A stretch of DNA of 64,000 bases from Liolophura sinensis (taxonomy: Eukaryota), in NCBI RefSeq assembly GCF_032854445.1, contig NC_088300.1:60598969-60662968 (forward strand), in the 5' to 3' direction. Below are positions 12,970 to 24,535 of the stretch, one piece after another. The notes beneath the pieces were generated by a model. The model worked only from the letters and a program-made list of their open reading frames with translations, searched no databases and was not told where the DNA came from. Position numbers and translations under genes: made by a program. Every line of letters begins with the position of its first letter. Position 1 is the stretch's first letter.

Positions 12970-13151
12970 GAACCGAGCTGTGGTTGGCAGCAAGGATGGG
13001 TTCCTGATATTTTATGACCTGGTCACCTGCACACAGTTGGGTCACATCAGGCCATGCACAACTGAGATCATTGGTATACTGGTTACGAAGAACAAACAGC
13101 ATGTTGTGGCTGCATCTCCTAAGTCACTTTTCATACTGGAATCTAATGGAG
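12970..13151 (+). CDS. NWD1: NWD1-like WD40 exon (NRAVVGSKDGFLIFYDLVTCTQLGHIRPCTTEIIGILVTKNKQHVVAASPKSLFILESNG)
   Basis: Acceptor ctcttccag, donor gtaaac. Phase-consistent with its neighbours. Confidence 0.7.
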
Positions 13152-13304
13152 GTAAACATAGTGGGTACTGCCTAGATTTGCTAATGCATTCCCTAAAACT
13201 GCTAACCTTTGTATCAAAAAGTGTGCAGGGCTGAACATAAACTTCATACAAGTGGTATTGATGGATTCTTTGGGTAAATCTGAGACGAGTTAAAGGTATT
13301 CATA

Positions 13305-14595
13305 TGGGTGGGTCATATTCAGGTGGGTCTGAGGGATTGTTACAGCTCGGTCTGAGGGATTTGTACAAATGGGTCATTGCAGGGGTAGAAATGACGTCTG
13401 TCTACCTGTTGGCGACAGGCAATTTTTATCGGCGACAGGTCACAAAAAAACTCAGCTGTTGCAGCGACAGTTAGACACAAAAAGTTTTCAATCATGTTTA
13501 AGTCAATATCCATGCATGTCTGTGTTTCTGAAGTCTGTATATTTACTAGGCCTTTCCATAATCAGAATGTTGATGCAAAACTTCGTCATGTTCGGCCCAA
13601 ACAAGTGAACACTGTTAGGACGTCATCTAGTGGACAAGGCCTTCGTCAACGAACCTATCGCCTTTATGCTTTCAATTCCGAGACCAAACATACCTTCAAC
13701 ATTGAAGAACGCGCTTCGGTTATTACAGCAACAGCAAAATCAGATCTGCAAAAAGCCGTTTTTGTTACGTAAAATGCCTTTTGTAACACTTTTTCTTAAG
13801 GGTCCACAGCTATCCTGGAAGGAATAGTGTCTACAGGTGCCACTCAACCTGAACTAGAGAACAGTCAAAGGAGAGCAGCGAATCAATCAAAAGTTGAAGT
13901 GTCACCCATGACTCAGAAGTTTCTCAACATTGCATTTGCAGAAGATTAAATCAAATAAATAAATAACAAAATGTGAAATTAATATATATAGTCTCGGCCT
14001 CTTCCTAACGCCCAAAATTGTACAGCTCTAAGACCACATTGTTTACTTTTCTCGCTCGAGGACTATGCGTGGCATTGCAGGTGTAAAGGGGAACAACTCA
14101 AGACACACATAAATCTAAACGCACACGACAGAGTGGTTTTCCTCGGTCGTTTCCCTTGAATGGGAAGCGCATGCATACGCAAGCACAGACTGAACTGTCG
14201 GAAGTAAGTTTCAATTTAATTGATCGACTGTGCAGAAGTCCCAATCATGACAGAATATTGAATAAAAAGGAAAATGGTACTGAAACCAAATATTCTTGTA
14301 ACACAGTAGACTGATATTGCTTTGCCAAGGTGACGGTGTTGACAGAAAATTTTATGTTCACAAAAATGTGACAATGGCGACTTTCTAAAAGTAACACTGA
14401 TGGGGACAGGTGACTGGTAGAAAAAAAATCTACCGGTTTCTGTGACAGGCGGTTTTAAAAAAACACCTCTTGGTCTGAGGAATTTGTACAGCTGGGTCAG
14501 AGGGATTTTGTACATCTGGGTCAGAGGGATTTGTACCGCTTTGTCCGAGGGATTTGTACCGCTTGCTCTCAGGGATTTGTACCGCTTGGGGTGAA
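13305..14595. mobile_element. Putative transposable element or composite repeat in an NWD1 intron, with a CpG-rich unique core flanked by related end blocks
   Basis: Shared blocks (gg)tctgagggatttgtacag repeated 2-4 times plus a gacaggtSac motif at 13310-13445 and 14400-14590. The core 13450-14400 is unusually CpG-rich for this window and carries unassigned ORFs 13494..13772 and 13630..13827. Confidence 0.35.
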
Positions 14596-14737
14596 AGATA
14601 CATATAGGCATAATTACTGTACATGTACTCTGATTAGAAAATGTGCCGGTTGTAAATATACCGGTTCAGTGAAATGTAGTTATGTCAAAAATACCAGAGA
14701 CTTGTGTCTGTATCTGTGAAAAGATTTCAGGGTCAAA

Positions 14738-14900
14738 ATGGGGCCTCCTTAGCTCAGTTGGTTTACACGCTAGCGCAGCGTAATGACCCAGGAGCCTCTC
14801 ACCAATGCAGTCGCTGTGAGTTCAAGTCCAGCTCATGCAGGCTTCCTCTCCGGCCGTGTGTGGGAAGGTTTGTCCATAAGCTAGCACAAATGTCAGTTTT
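14738..14900 (+). mobile_element. tRNA-derived SINE, family A, copy with intact tRNA-like head (ggggcctccttagctcagttggtt...gagttcaagtccagctc)
   Basis: Box A-like TAGCTCAGTTGG and box B-like GAGTTCAAGTCC. The body ctcatgcaggcttcctctccggccgtgtgtgggaaggt is shared with more than 12 other copies. Confidence 0.8.
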
Positions 14901-14951
14901 GTGGTAAACTGTCCACACGTGTGCTTATACCTGAATCACATCTTTCTTACA

Positions 14952-15074
14952 GATACTATTATCAGGGAAATCACTGCCCCAAAGAAAATCAACTGTTTAT
15001 CAGAGGCAAGTGACATCATAGTGGCTGGTCATGGAGGGATGGAAGCATATGGTTATGCCTGGAATCTACACACA
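14952..15074 (+). CDS. NWD1: NWD1-like exon (DTIIREITAPKKINCLSEASDIIVAGHGGMEAYGYAWNLHT)
   Basis: Acceptor ttcttacag, donor gtgtgt. Phase-consistent. Confidence 0.65.
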
Positions 15075-15639
15075 GGTGTGTCTGCAAGCAGTTCATAAAG
15101 GAATCCAAGCTTATATTTAGGAGCAAATCTGTTCAGCTAGCATTTACAACATGCTAATGACACTTCCGATATAAGAATATAAGATCTCACTAGCATGGCA
15201 CTAACTCACAACTACATGTAGCATACACAGGCTTCCAGGTTTCCTGGACCATTTCACTGATCTGCTAATGTAGAGTTGCTTCACTAGTTTGCTGATATCG
15301 TCATCATTTGCATTGTTTGTTGTTGTTTATTTTTTTTTTTTAGATAAAAATATTACTGCCCAGTCAGGGTACTTGAAATGTGTGTGTAAGTGTTTTCAGC
15401 AGGTTAATGTATTAGGACTACGTGTACAACATTATCATTTATATCCAGTCTTTGGGATTCGTATCACAATAACATACATCTGTTTGCTTTGCACACTGGT
15501 TCTACGACTGTCAAGTCCCTCACATATTCTCATATTTTAATATGTATTTTTTTTCTTACTGTTATGTAGATCTTCACTTCTTAGAACTTGCTGATTTTAT
15601 TGTTTTTCTAAAATGGTACATCATGTTTTTGGATTTCAG

Positions 15640-15710
15640 GTGAATTGCTTGCCAAGTTTCAAGGACTGTATGGTTTTCACTGGATAGCCATTAATTCCAA
15701 AGGAACTCAT
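15640..15710 (+). CDS. NWD1: NWD1-like exon (GELLAKFQGLYGFHWIAINSKGTH)
   Basis: Acceptor ggatttcag, donor gtatgt. Phase-consistent. Confidence 0.65.
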
Positions 15711-16149
15711 GTATGTATATCTTCTAACTACCTCTTATTTCAGTGGTTGGAAACCTGTGGCCATACACATAAGTATTTCAGTGTGTCAACATATACCTTT
15801 ACAAATTACTGTCACCAAGACAGTAATATTTATGCATGTGGTCTTAACTTTAAAGGTTAAGCAAAACCTGTCAGAGTCTTGCGTGTGTATATATTTTTCT
15901 TCTGCTATGAATTTCACTAAACATATCTGGGTTTTCACAGATTACACCAAGAACTTTGTTTTCCATATTCTTGATGTCCTGGAAAAGTTACCTTCAGAAA
16001 TAATGTGACAAAACATAGGGTATGGGCCTGGTCATTATTCATGATGTAAAGTCTGTTCTTTTCTGTTTTATCTCATTGTAATTTTAGTGAAGCCACCTCA
16101 TGAGTCAGGGATTCCCTCTCCCTCAATGAGGCCTTGGTGACAGTAAGTG

Positions 16150-16300
16150 GTCGTTTTTGCTGGTTTGGCAGCTTGCAAAATCATGAAGAGTTACTTGACC
16201 AGCGTCTGTATATCATAAGGGAAAGTTCGTTAGTAGCTTGCCAAGGGTCAGTGGTTTACCCTGGGCTCTCCCCACCAAACTAACCACCATTGTAGCAGTG
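16150..16300 (+). mobile_element. SINE family A-related variant copy
   Basis: gggtcagtggtttaccctgggctctccccaccaaactaaccaccattgtagcagtgaaaacttcttgagtgtggcattaaacaacaatc. Confidence 0.55.
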
Positions 16301-16431
16301 AAAACTTCTTGAGTGTGGCATTAAACAACAATCAGTCGAACCATACCTGTGTATACTACAAGGTTTGATGTTGAAAAAACAAATCAGATATTTCAAACTC
16401 TCCAGTATTTTTAATATCTTTCACTTTTCAG

Positions 16432-17121
16432 CTTGGAGGTTCATTCTTTGAGTATCCAGTCCTCTATTCAGTGGAGTCAGGTGATATCCTGACAGCCCTG
16501 GACAAGGCTGATGTGATGATGTCATCACAGTCCTTCCTGGTGTTTAGCCCAGATGACCGCTACCTCGCTGGCGGATCCACTGACGGGAGCGTCCGGGTTA
16601 TTGATGGCCAAAAGGGAAAATACCTCTGCCGCTTTCAGCAACTCTCCTCAGCCATACAGGGCTGTTTTTCACCAGACAGCAATATTTTGGTCACGACCGG
16701 TTTCCGCACGTTGTTCTTGTGGTCAATGGAACAAGGTACTTTGTTATGGTCACTTTCTCGGCACCACGACTTTGTGGTCAAGCTGAAGTTTTGTCTGGAT
16801 GGACGGTATCTGGTGACCTCCTCCAAAGACAAGAGAATTGTGGTTTGGGATTGGAAGCATTTATACTCAGTCTGTGATCACATGGCTCACTGTCCAATAG
16901 ATGTCATGGATGTGGCAGACGATCTGACATCGGTTATCTATGCTCCCGATAGCGTCAGTTATGTAGCTATTCTCAAACCTAACCCGTACATGACCCAAAA
17001 GTTGAATGGTCAGATACAGCACACTCTGGCATCTCGTTTCCATGACGCCCAAGCTGTGGCCCTCTCATTCTCCAGTCAGGGCCTGACAAGGGAGACAACT
17101 AGGGCTTGTATTCTCCTGTAA
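16432..17121 (+). CDS. NWD1: NWD1-like terminal coding exon, WD40 repeats and stop (…TRACILL*)
   Basis: A 230-codon open frame matches the 16471..17121 ORF track, with WD40 motifs such as LVTSSKDKRIVVWDW. The C-terminus ACILL* resembles the human NWD1 C-terminus SQVCLIV. AATAAA at 17211-17216 lies about 90 nt downstream. Confidence 0.75.
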   Translation, partial: LGGSFFEYPVLYSVESGDILTALDKADVMMSSQSFLVFSPDDRYLAGGSTDGSVRVIDGQKGKYLCRFQQLSSAIQGCFSPDSNILVTTGFRTLFLWSMEQGTLLWSLSRHHDFVVKLKFCLDGRYLVTSSKDKRIVVWDWKHLYSVCDHMAHCPIDVMDVADDLTSVIYAPDSVSYVAILKPNPYMTQKLNGQIQHTLASRFHDAQAVALSFSSQGLTRETTRACILL

Positions 17122-17210
17122 GTCTATATGATGTTAAGTTTGTTACGATAGATACTATAATCTAGACCACATGGTCTGTAAAGAGTACGTAAAATAGTGG
17201 TCAAGGACAG

Positions 17211-17216
17211 AATAAA
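17211..17216 (+). promoter_or_regulatory. Candidate polyadenylation signal AATAAA for the NWD1-like gene
   Basis: Canonical hexamer about 90 nt after the TAA at 17119-17121. Confidence 0.4.
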
Positions 17217-19734
17217 TGCTTAAAAAAACAAAAAAAAAACATCATGGAATCTGCAGGAAAGTGCTGTGATTTTACATTCTGTACTGCATTTTTATAGTAT
17301 GTATTTACACGTTTTGAACTTGTTCTGGTGGTGAAACTTTTAAATTGGTTTATTCTCCTGTAACCATAACAACATTGAAATATGTTCAGTTTAATAATGA
17401 GATTATGCAGGGATAGGCTCTGATTTTACATTCCATTATGTACTTTTTGCAGTATATTTCTACGCATGTTTTTATAGTGATTTTCTTAGTGAAACCTTTA
17501 AGCCAGTTAAACTGTGTTACCACTTTAACTCAGAGCATCTCTTTGATTTGAACATATTTGGCATTTGTGTGTATCTTATAAATGACAAACTTATTCAAAT
17601 TTAGCTAGAAACATTCCAAAATGTATATAAGGGTATGGGTATATTATTAGACAAACTCATTAGTCATATCAGTTTCTTCTAAAATTTGTGACACCTTGTG
17701 TGCTCATTTCAGCCAATACCTGTGTAACAGTCTAACAGGAATATTGAGTTTCCTTTTTCTCACGTGGTTAAACCATCTAATGAACAACATTGAATATCTT
17801 CTCTTTTCCAAAAGGCTGGTAAAGATATGTAATATTCTGCTTTCAACACTACTAATATCTGTCGCAAATTTTAGAAGAAATAGGGTATTGGTACGTAAAG
17901 TAGCATAAGTCCATTATTCGTAACCTTCTGATATTGGTGATGGATTATTTCTGTTTTTGTCTTTCTTTTTGTTTTTTTTTTCCTTGTCACATACAGAAGA
18001 TGTTTGTAGTTACAGATCTGGGTATATGGCTTTGTATCCAGAAGTACAGATGTTTTATTGTAGTGCTGAATGGTACTCGTACACAGACCACCAATTTTAC
18101 AGGTTTATGAAATTATGATTTGTTATAATATGTGACATAGTGTTAACATATGAGATTTGAAAGTCAAACTTTTTATAAACATTGTTGAAACTTGCATCTT
18201 TTATATGCATTGTTGAAACTTGCATCTTTTATAAACATTGTTGAAACTTGCATTTATGACTTTTTTGTAAGTGGTTATATACAGTAAGTGATATATTGTT
18301 ATGTTGTTTACCAGTAGTATATATAATATACCAGGTGCAGGGAAACTGAATGACAATGCCTTAGTTAAGCCCGCCTGCAGAAAAGAGCCCAGTACTTAGC
18401 TATTGACCAGAGGAGGTGGTTGCCTCAGTTAGAAAGTTAAATGCAGACAATGAGCATTTGGCTCACAGATAGCTGTGAAGCATACCATGTGACCAGTCAT
18501 ATGACCCCTCACATAGCTTATCATATGATGCAGTGGAGCAGAGTTTACTCCTAATTTTATTGTTAAAACAGCGACATCGTCGTTTACGAGCTTAATTCTT
18601 ATCGACGAAAATGGATGAATCCGCTAATAGATCCGTCATCATTTCGGATGCCATTTTGAACGAACCGCAGGGAAAAGTCACATGATTTATAAGCGCATTT
18701 CTATTGGTCTATTCATGTATCTTTCTGAGCTGGTGGCTTACACTCACAGCACATGGTGAGATTTTTCACTGAAAATATCAAACAGGCAAGATATTTGAGT
18801 CACAGTCTCGCGAGTTGAAGACCTCGGTAGAACAAAATGAGGTTTTAGTTACTCCTGGTTATTAGATAAGCATTTGGCTATCATCTGCGGCAGGCTTTAG
18901 TTGTAGATTTCTATTCCTAAGGTTGATTTTTTTGTGGGAATGGAGGAAGTGTACCTGTAGGTGTGTAGAGATCTTTATGGGATCTGGTCAGAATTATTCA
19001 TATCTTCTGTCGCACATTATTGTTTGATTTGTAAGTATGGAATCCAGTATGGTAGATTTACTTCACACATCCGCTTTTGTCAAGTATTGACAGTTAACAT
19101 TCAACTCTTCATCAAATAATTAACCGTTTGATATTCGTGTAAGTTATTCAAGGAAAATTCACAACACGAGCGAACAGAGAGTCCGCAGAAGTTCTCTGTT
19201 CTTATGTAAGGAATCCTGTAATTGGTATTAAATATGCCTCACGTGATTTAATGATATTTGACTTTTTGTTAGACTTTGTTTTGTTAGAACATGCACAATC
19301 TGTATGAAGAATGTATTTTATCATACATTGTCTTTTGTCGTCCTTACAAGCAGGTGTTTTCAAAGCCTACTCATATATCTGACTAGCTTTCCTTCCTACT
19401 TATATCTGTGATATTACCTTCAGTTTTATACATATTATGCTGTTATACTGTTATGCCACACTGTTTTGTTAAGTGTTATTTTGTGTCTGTCTCTGACATT
19501 TTTACATACGTGTATGTATAAACTGTATCAATACTCTATATTTTAGTATAAAATCTGTTCTACCTCAACTTTCTTATTGACATTACTTTATTTACTCCTA
19601 TGAAAAAATAAAAGTTCAGACAAAAAAAAGTTGTTTTTTTTTTTACTTTTACAGTGTGTAACAGTGCTACCACTAAAAAATTCAGCAGCTGCATCACACA
19701 CAAAAAGTTGAGAGTAAATACGAATGATTAGAGT

Positions 19735-19875
19735 AGTCCATGCAGTAGGCCAACCAGTTCTGTTTCCTTTCTCTAACCACTCCGTGCTGAGTGCCAAACG
19801 AAGCAGCAGCAAGTACCATTTTTACAGTGTCAGGTGGGACCCGTGACCGATTTGATCCCAGGATCTGCTGATTTC
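19735..19875. mobile_element. SINE family B copy (second tRNA-related SINE family)
   Basis: ggccaaccagtt...cactccgtgctgagtgccaaacgaagcagcagcaagtacc...ccgatttgatcccaggatctgctg is shared with the copies at 22320 and 62575. Confidence 0.7.
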
Positions 19876-21082
19876 GATCAAACATACTGCATCAGATTCA
19901 GATATTCTCATGCTGTCATTCATATTCAGTCTTAAGAGATAGATTTTATGAAAGTATTCTGAAAACTATCTTCTCTCAAAATTAGGATTTCATGTAAATC
20001 ATATTAAAAACAGCAAATAAGTATATTGTGCGTGCTTAATGTAAATTGAATTGTCGGGGACAAAATTGTTTCACAATGTTAAATGGTTTATTATTAAAGG
20101 TGTGATCACACATTTAGTAACTATGAAGGTGACATTCCTGTACATGTACTGTATTGCTTTAACAGCACAGTTAGAGTTATCTCCCTTTCTCACTTCTGCG
20201 TATGGTCTTGCATTCACAGCTAACATGAATTAATGATTTTGGCTTTAGGCCACATCAGTAATATCACAGCTTTATAATGTGACAACTAACCAAAGTTTGG
20301 TTTAATGCGTACCTGAGCCTACAGTCCAAAACATACTTGTAGACAAGAGTGGTATACTGTATTAAATTTGTATGATACATAATATAGGAGGTAAATATTT
20401 GTGCAAGCTGAGCCGCATATTAACACAATATGGTGAGTATACACCACATTTATAAAAACACATCTAAAATAAAATAAAAATAAAGTTATTTTTCATGTTC
20501 TTTGAAAGCTCCCGTCCATTCTTAGTCAAAAATAAAAACATACACAACAGAAATATGGTAAAAAAAAAAAGGAGCAAGGAGAGGGTATAGACGGCATATA
20601 GATAATGTATTATAACATGCATAAATGAATACTCATTAGGAAATGTTGAATACTATCAAATGTGTACTGATATCTCTTAATTAGGTTTACTGAATGTTTT
20701 TCTTCATCAAATATCAAGTGAAATCACACTGAAATACACTGCACTGCACTTCTAATCATTTCTGTAACATCACTTTTCAATCGTACATTTAATCAGCATA
20801 CAGCAGAGATCATTTTACATAAAGTGTTACCATCATTCAGTTTGGCAGCCATCATGGCTGAGCCAATGATTGACATACAACATTATTCTCTCTACAAAAT
20901 TTCAGTAAACTACATATATCTTATCACAGTTGCTTAGCTGTACATTTCATATGTAAAAGCATCATAATAACTTTGTATGAAACAAAATAGCAGGTAATTC
21001 AATATGTTATAAAACTATAAGGTTCAAAAATTCATTTCTGCACTAAATCTTGTTTCCCAGCTGTGTCTGTTTTCAGTAAGTT

Positions 21083-21190
21083 TTACTTTGTTTTTCCCAG
21101 CAGTCCTTGAGCAGTGTTGAAAAGGTTGATAGGACTGTTTCCGTCAGTCAGCAGTACACTCTCCAGACCAAGGGATTTCAGCATCTGTAC
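21083..21190 (-). CDS. MVP: MVP exon 25, terminal, with stop ([35 protein letters not shown])
   Basis: Matches human [32 protein letters not shown]. The TAA is at 21085..21083. Confidence 0.9.
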   Translation of the reverse strand, partial: VQMLKSLGLESVLLTDGNSPINLFNTAQGLLGKTK

Positions 21191-21229
21191 CTGGAAAAGG
21201 CCACATGAAGAATTTGGAAGATAATATCT

Positions 21230-21350
21230 TGTATTTATTTATTTATTTGACTGGTGTTTTACGCCATACTTCAAGAATATTTCGCTTTATGACGTGGCCA
21301 GCATTATGGTGGGAGGAAACCAGGCAGAGCGTCTATATCTTGTAAGCTGA
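21230..21350 (-). mobile_element. SINE family A copy in reverse orientation
   Basis: tatttatttatttgactggtgttttacgccatacttcaagaatatttc...ggccagcattatggtgggaggaaacc. Confidence 0.8.
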
Positions 21351-21787
21351 ATGTCCATCTTAAATACATGTACGTACTTAACCTGCTCTTAGTAACCTCA
21401 AAGTTATCCTGTAACAGACTGCTGGAACTAAACATTAGAGCATGGGCAACAGCTGAGCCGCAACTTCACAAACAGGGGCCAAGGGTTTCATAATCCTGAG
21501 TAAGTTCAACCCTGTGAAGATATGTCAACCTCAACACCTGTCTGCCACAAGGAAACACTAACAGGAGATGAACACCAACTGGTTAAAACCTGTTCGTTTC
21601 AGTCCTAAATCTGTAAAAACTGAAAGTTCTGACAAGCTAACACCATGTTACGATAAGTCGAACTTTCAAAGCTAGAAACTAAGCAATGTAAAGAACTACT
21701 AAAATCTGAATTAAGAAAAAATGGTTATGTTCAGTTATTGTACATTTATCTCTAGGGCCGCCAGAGAATCAAGGCAATATTTTTTAC

Positions 21788-21868
21788 CTCCATTTCTGGT
21801 CCCGATGTGGCTATGGCAGAGATGGTGTCAGCTCCCAGGGTGTCCACTATGTCACTGAACTTCTTCAC
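21788..21868 (-). CDS. MVP: MVP exon 24 (VKKFSDIVDTLGADTISAIATSGPEME)
   Basis: Matches human [27 protein letters not shown]. Confidence 0.9.
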
Positions 21869-22319
21869 CTGTGATAAAATAAGTACACATTTTTAATATA
21901 GCTTAGTTATTTACATTCAGATTTTCTTCACTGTATTCCAGGTGCCTTGCATGTTTAAAATGCACGACATAACACCAGATTACCCAAATTGAAGATGTAT
22001 GTATGCTTGAGGTTTTATGTCATACTTAACAATTTTTCAGTCATATGACATCAAACCAATAGTTAAGAAGAGTTTCGTGATAGCAGACAAGACCTGAAGG
22101 AATTTATGACACTTTTTAATAATTAATTAGAATTAGTTGTGCCAAAAATTATTGTATAAACTGATGGACATACATGTAACAATGCCATACCTTAAAACAA
22201 TCCATATGTATGTATTTATTTATGTATGCTTTGCGATTTATGTTATACGTGTACTTAACAATTTTTCGATCATATGACGACGACGACGAGGTGTGTGTAG
22301 ATGTACTGTGTCTTCTTGT

Positions 22320-22545
22320 AACAGGGAAAGTCCACGCCACCAAAGTGCTGCTGCCAATGAATTATCATGCTGAAGACACCAGACAAGACACCCCATCTAG
22401 TCACATTATATTGACACCGGGCCAACCAGTCCTATTTTATTACTGTAATCTTTCAGTGTTGAGTGCTAAGTGAGGCAGCAACAAGCACTGTTTTTAAAGT
22501 CTGGGTTTGATCCCAGGTCTCTCAACTTCTAAAACCCATAATGCA
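22320..22545. mobile_element. SINE family B copy
   Basis: gtgctgctgccaatgaattatcatgctgaagacaccagacaagacacccc...ggccaaccagtc...cagtgttgagtgctaagtgaggcagcaacaagcac...ctgggtttgatcccaggtctc. Confidence 0.75.
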
Positions 22546-23159
22546 GGTTTTTTTAAGTACTTTAAAAAATGTTGAGCAGTGTACTTGATGTGAATACTTC
22601 ATACATGTGTACCTCAGTCATCATGTCTGTGACTGGAAAAAACGAAAGTGCCTGGGGATAACCACAACTTGTTAGGTATCTGACAATAAACCTCCTCACC
22701 TTATGCGAGATCTAGTCAGCAACCCCATTAGTCAGAAAATTGGTCACCGTTCAGCACCTGAACTGAATGAGCCGGAAAGGCCTTTTAAATGAGAACACTT
22801 AACTCTTAACTTCTACTCAACATCACACATGCAAGGCCCAGTTCTTCGAAAGTGCATTAGCTGATACTGGTATTAAGCCATATTCTATATTTAAATTTTA
22901 GCCAAACTCAGCAGACAAATCAGTTCTCCAAAGTCAATAGCAGCAGTTTGACTTCACATTTAATATACTGGCGTACATTTTTTTTTAGGTTAAGTACAAA
23001 ACTGAAGACTGGGCTTAAAGTCAAATCTGGTTCAAGTCTTAAATCAGTTTTAATCAGCCAAGCCCTGAAATATTTCTATATGCTGCATCCACTCTACATT
23101 TTCTACAGGTTGTTGTTGAACACACCACTTAACAGAGATACCTTGTGATCAAACCTCAC

Positions 23160-23240
23160 CTCAATGCAAGATAATTCTCTGCATTTCTCCACTTCCAGAT
23201 CATTCATTTCTTTTCTGTAGGAGAGTTCAGATGATCTCGT
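23160..23240 (-). CDS. MVP: MVP exon 23 (TRSSELSYRKEMNDLEVEKCRELSCIE)
   Basis: Matches human [26 protein letters not shown]. Acceptor tttaag, donor gtgagg. Confidence 0.75.
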
Positions 23241-23289
23241 CTTAAACAGAATGAAAAAAATAATGAACAAGCATTTGGGGAGTACACTG

Positions 23290-23770
23290 AAACAGATGGG
23301 CTAAAAATGAGCTACAACTGAGCCAGTTGGACAACAGCTGAGCCGCAACTGAGCCAGCTGGACAACTGAGCCACAACTGAGCCAGTTGGACAACAACTGA
23401 GCTGCAACTGAGCCAGCTGGACAACTGAGCCACAACTGAGCCAAATGGACATCAACTGAAGCCAGTCGGACAACAGCTGAGCCAGCTGGACAACAACTGA
23501 TCCAGTTTGACAACAGCTGAGCCGCAACTGAACCAGCTGGACAACTGAGCCACAACTGAGCCAGTTGGACAACAACTGAGCCAATTGGACATCAACTGAA
23601 GCCAGTTGGACAACAGCTGAGCCAGTTGGACAACAACTAAGCCAGCTGGACAGTAACTGAGCCAGATGGACAACAAGTTTCAATTACAAAGCTAGCTGGA
23701 CAACATCTGAGTCAGTTTGACAACAACTAAGCTGGCTGGACAACAACTGGGCCACAACTGAGCCAGTTGT
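23290..23770. repeat. Minisatellite of about 20 bp, CTGAGCCAGYTGGACAACAA-like, in MVP intron 22
   Basis: Degenerate tandem periodicity. The minus-strand ORFs 23242..23683 are repeat artefacts. Confidence 0.85.
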
Positions 23771-23923
23771 ACAACAACTGCATATATTAATGACATTACC
23801 ACTGACAACTGAAAACATGAGAAAGAAATTGTAAACAGCTATGATTTATATGCATTCAATGTGGAAACTGTTCAACAAAATTAAGAGATTTCACACTGAG
23901 AAGAACGTGTACAGAGGTGTGCT

Positions 23924-24140
23924 GACAAACAACTGAGCACTCACCAGATCTTGTATGCTTACAAACAACTGAGCACTCACCAGATCTTGTATGTTTACAA
24001 ACAACTGAGCACTCACCAGATCTTGTATGCTTACAAACAACTGAGCACTCACCAGATCTTGTATGCTTACAAACAACTGAGCACTCACCAGATCTTGTAT
24101 GCTTACAAACAACTGAGCACTCACCAGATCTTGTATTTCC
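23924..24140 (-). repeat. Tandem array of six 36-bp units duplicating the MVP exon 22 donor junction (ATACAAGATCTG|gtgagtgctcagttgtttgtaagc)
   Basis: Perfect or near-perfect 36-nt periodicity, contiguous with the real donor at 24125. The minus-strand frame stays open through the array, as in ORF 23891..24205. Confidence 0.9.
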
Positions 24141-24189
24141 AGCTGTGAATAGTGCTGAATTTCCTCAGCCTGTGCCTTCAGTTTGGCAG
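24125..24189 (-). CDS. MVP: MVP exon 22 (AAKLKAQAEEIQHYSQLEIQDL)
   Basis: Matches human QAKLKAQALAIETEAEL. The donor gtgagt is followed by six tandem in-frame copies of the junction. Confidence 0.8.
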
Positions 24190-24399
24190 CTGTAACAGAA
24201 GACACAAATTATTATAATTATTTTTTTTGGCAATTGTTTTTTTACCTTCCTGATTTTCTGATATTTTTCTCTACATTCTCTAATAATAAATGCTAAAAAT
24301 CACTTTTGATATGCCATCATGGAGCTTCTATTTTGTCAGTAATTTGGCTATTAGTTTTTAAAGGTATAGGATTTAACAAGGGGGCGTTTTCATCCCACT

Positions 24400-24535
24400 G
24401 CCAACATTATAGTTCTTTTATCTATTCAGTTTTTTATTTGATTGGTGTTTCACACGGTACTCAAGAATATTTCACTTATATGCCAGCGGTCATCATTATG
24501 GTGGGAGGGAACAGGGCAGGGCATTATAGTTATTA
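24400..24535 (-). mobile_element. SINE family A copy in reverse orientation
   Basis: ttatttgattggtgtttcacacggtactcaagaatatttcac...cattatggtgggagggaacagggc. Confidence 0.8.

Noticed and set aside
14738-14810. Possible bona fide tRNA gene (GGGGCCTCCTTAGCTCAGTTGGTT...)
   Set aside because: The sequence continues directly into the SINE-A body shared by more than 12 copies, and no clean anticodon stem or 3' acceptor can be drawn. I interpret it as a SINE head.
23242-23683. Overlapping minus-strand ORFs of 63-123 aa rich in LSCPAGSVAAQLLSNWLSC
   Set aside because: They are generated by the 20-bp CTGAGCCAGYTGGACAAC minisatellite.
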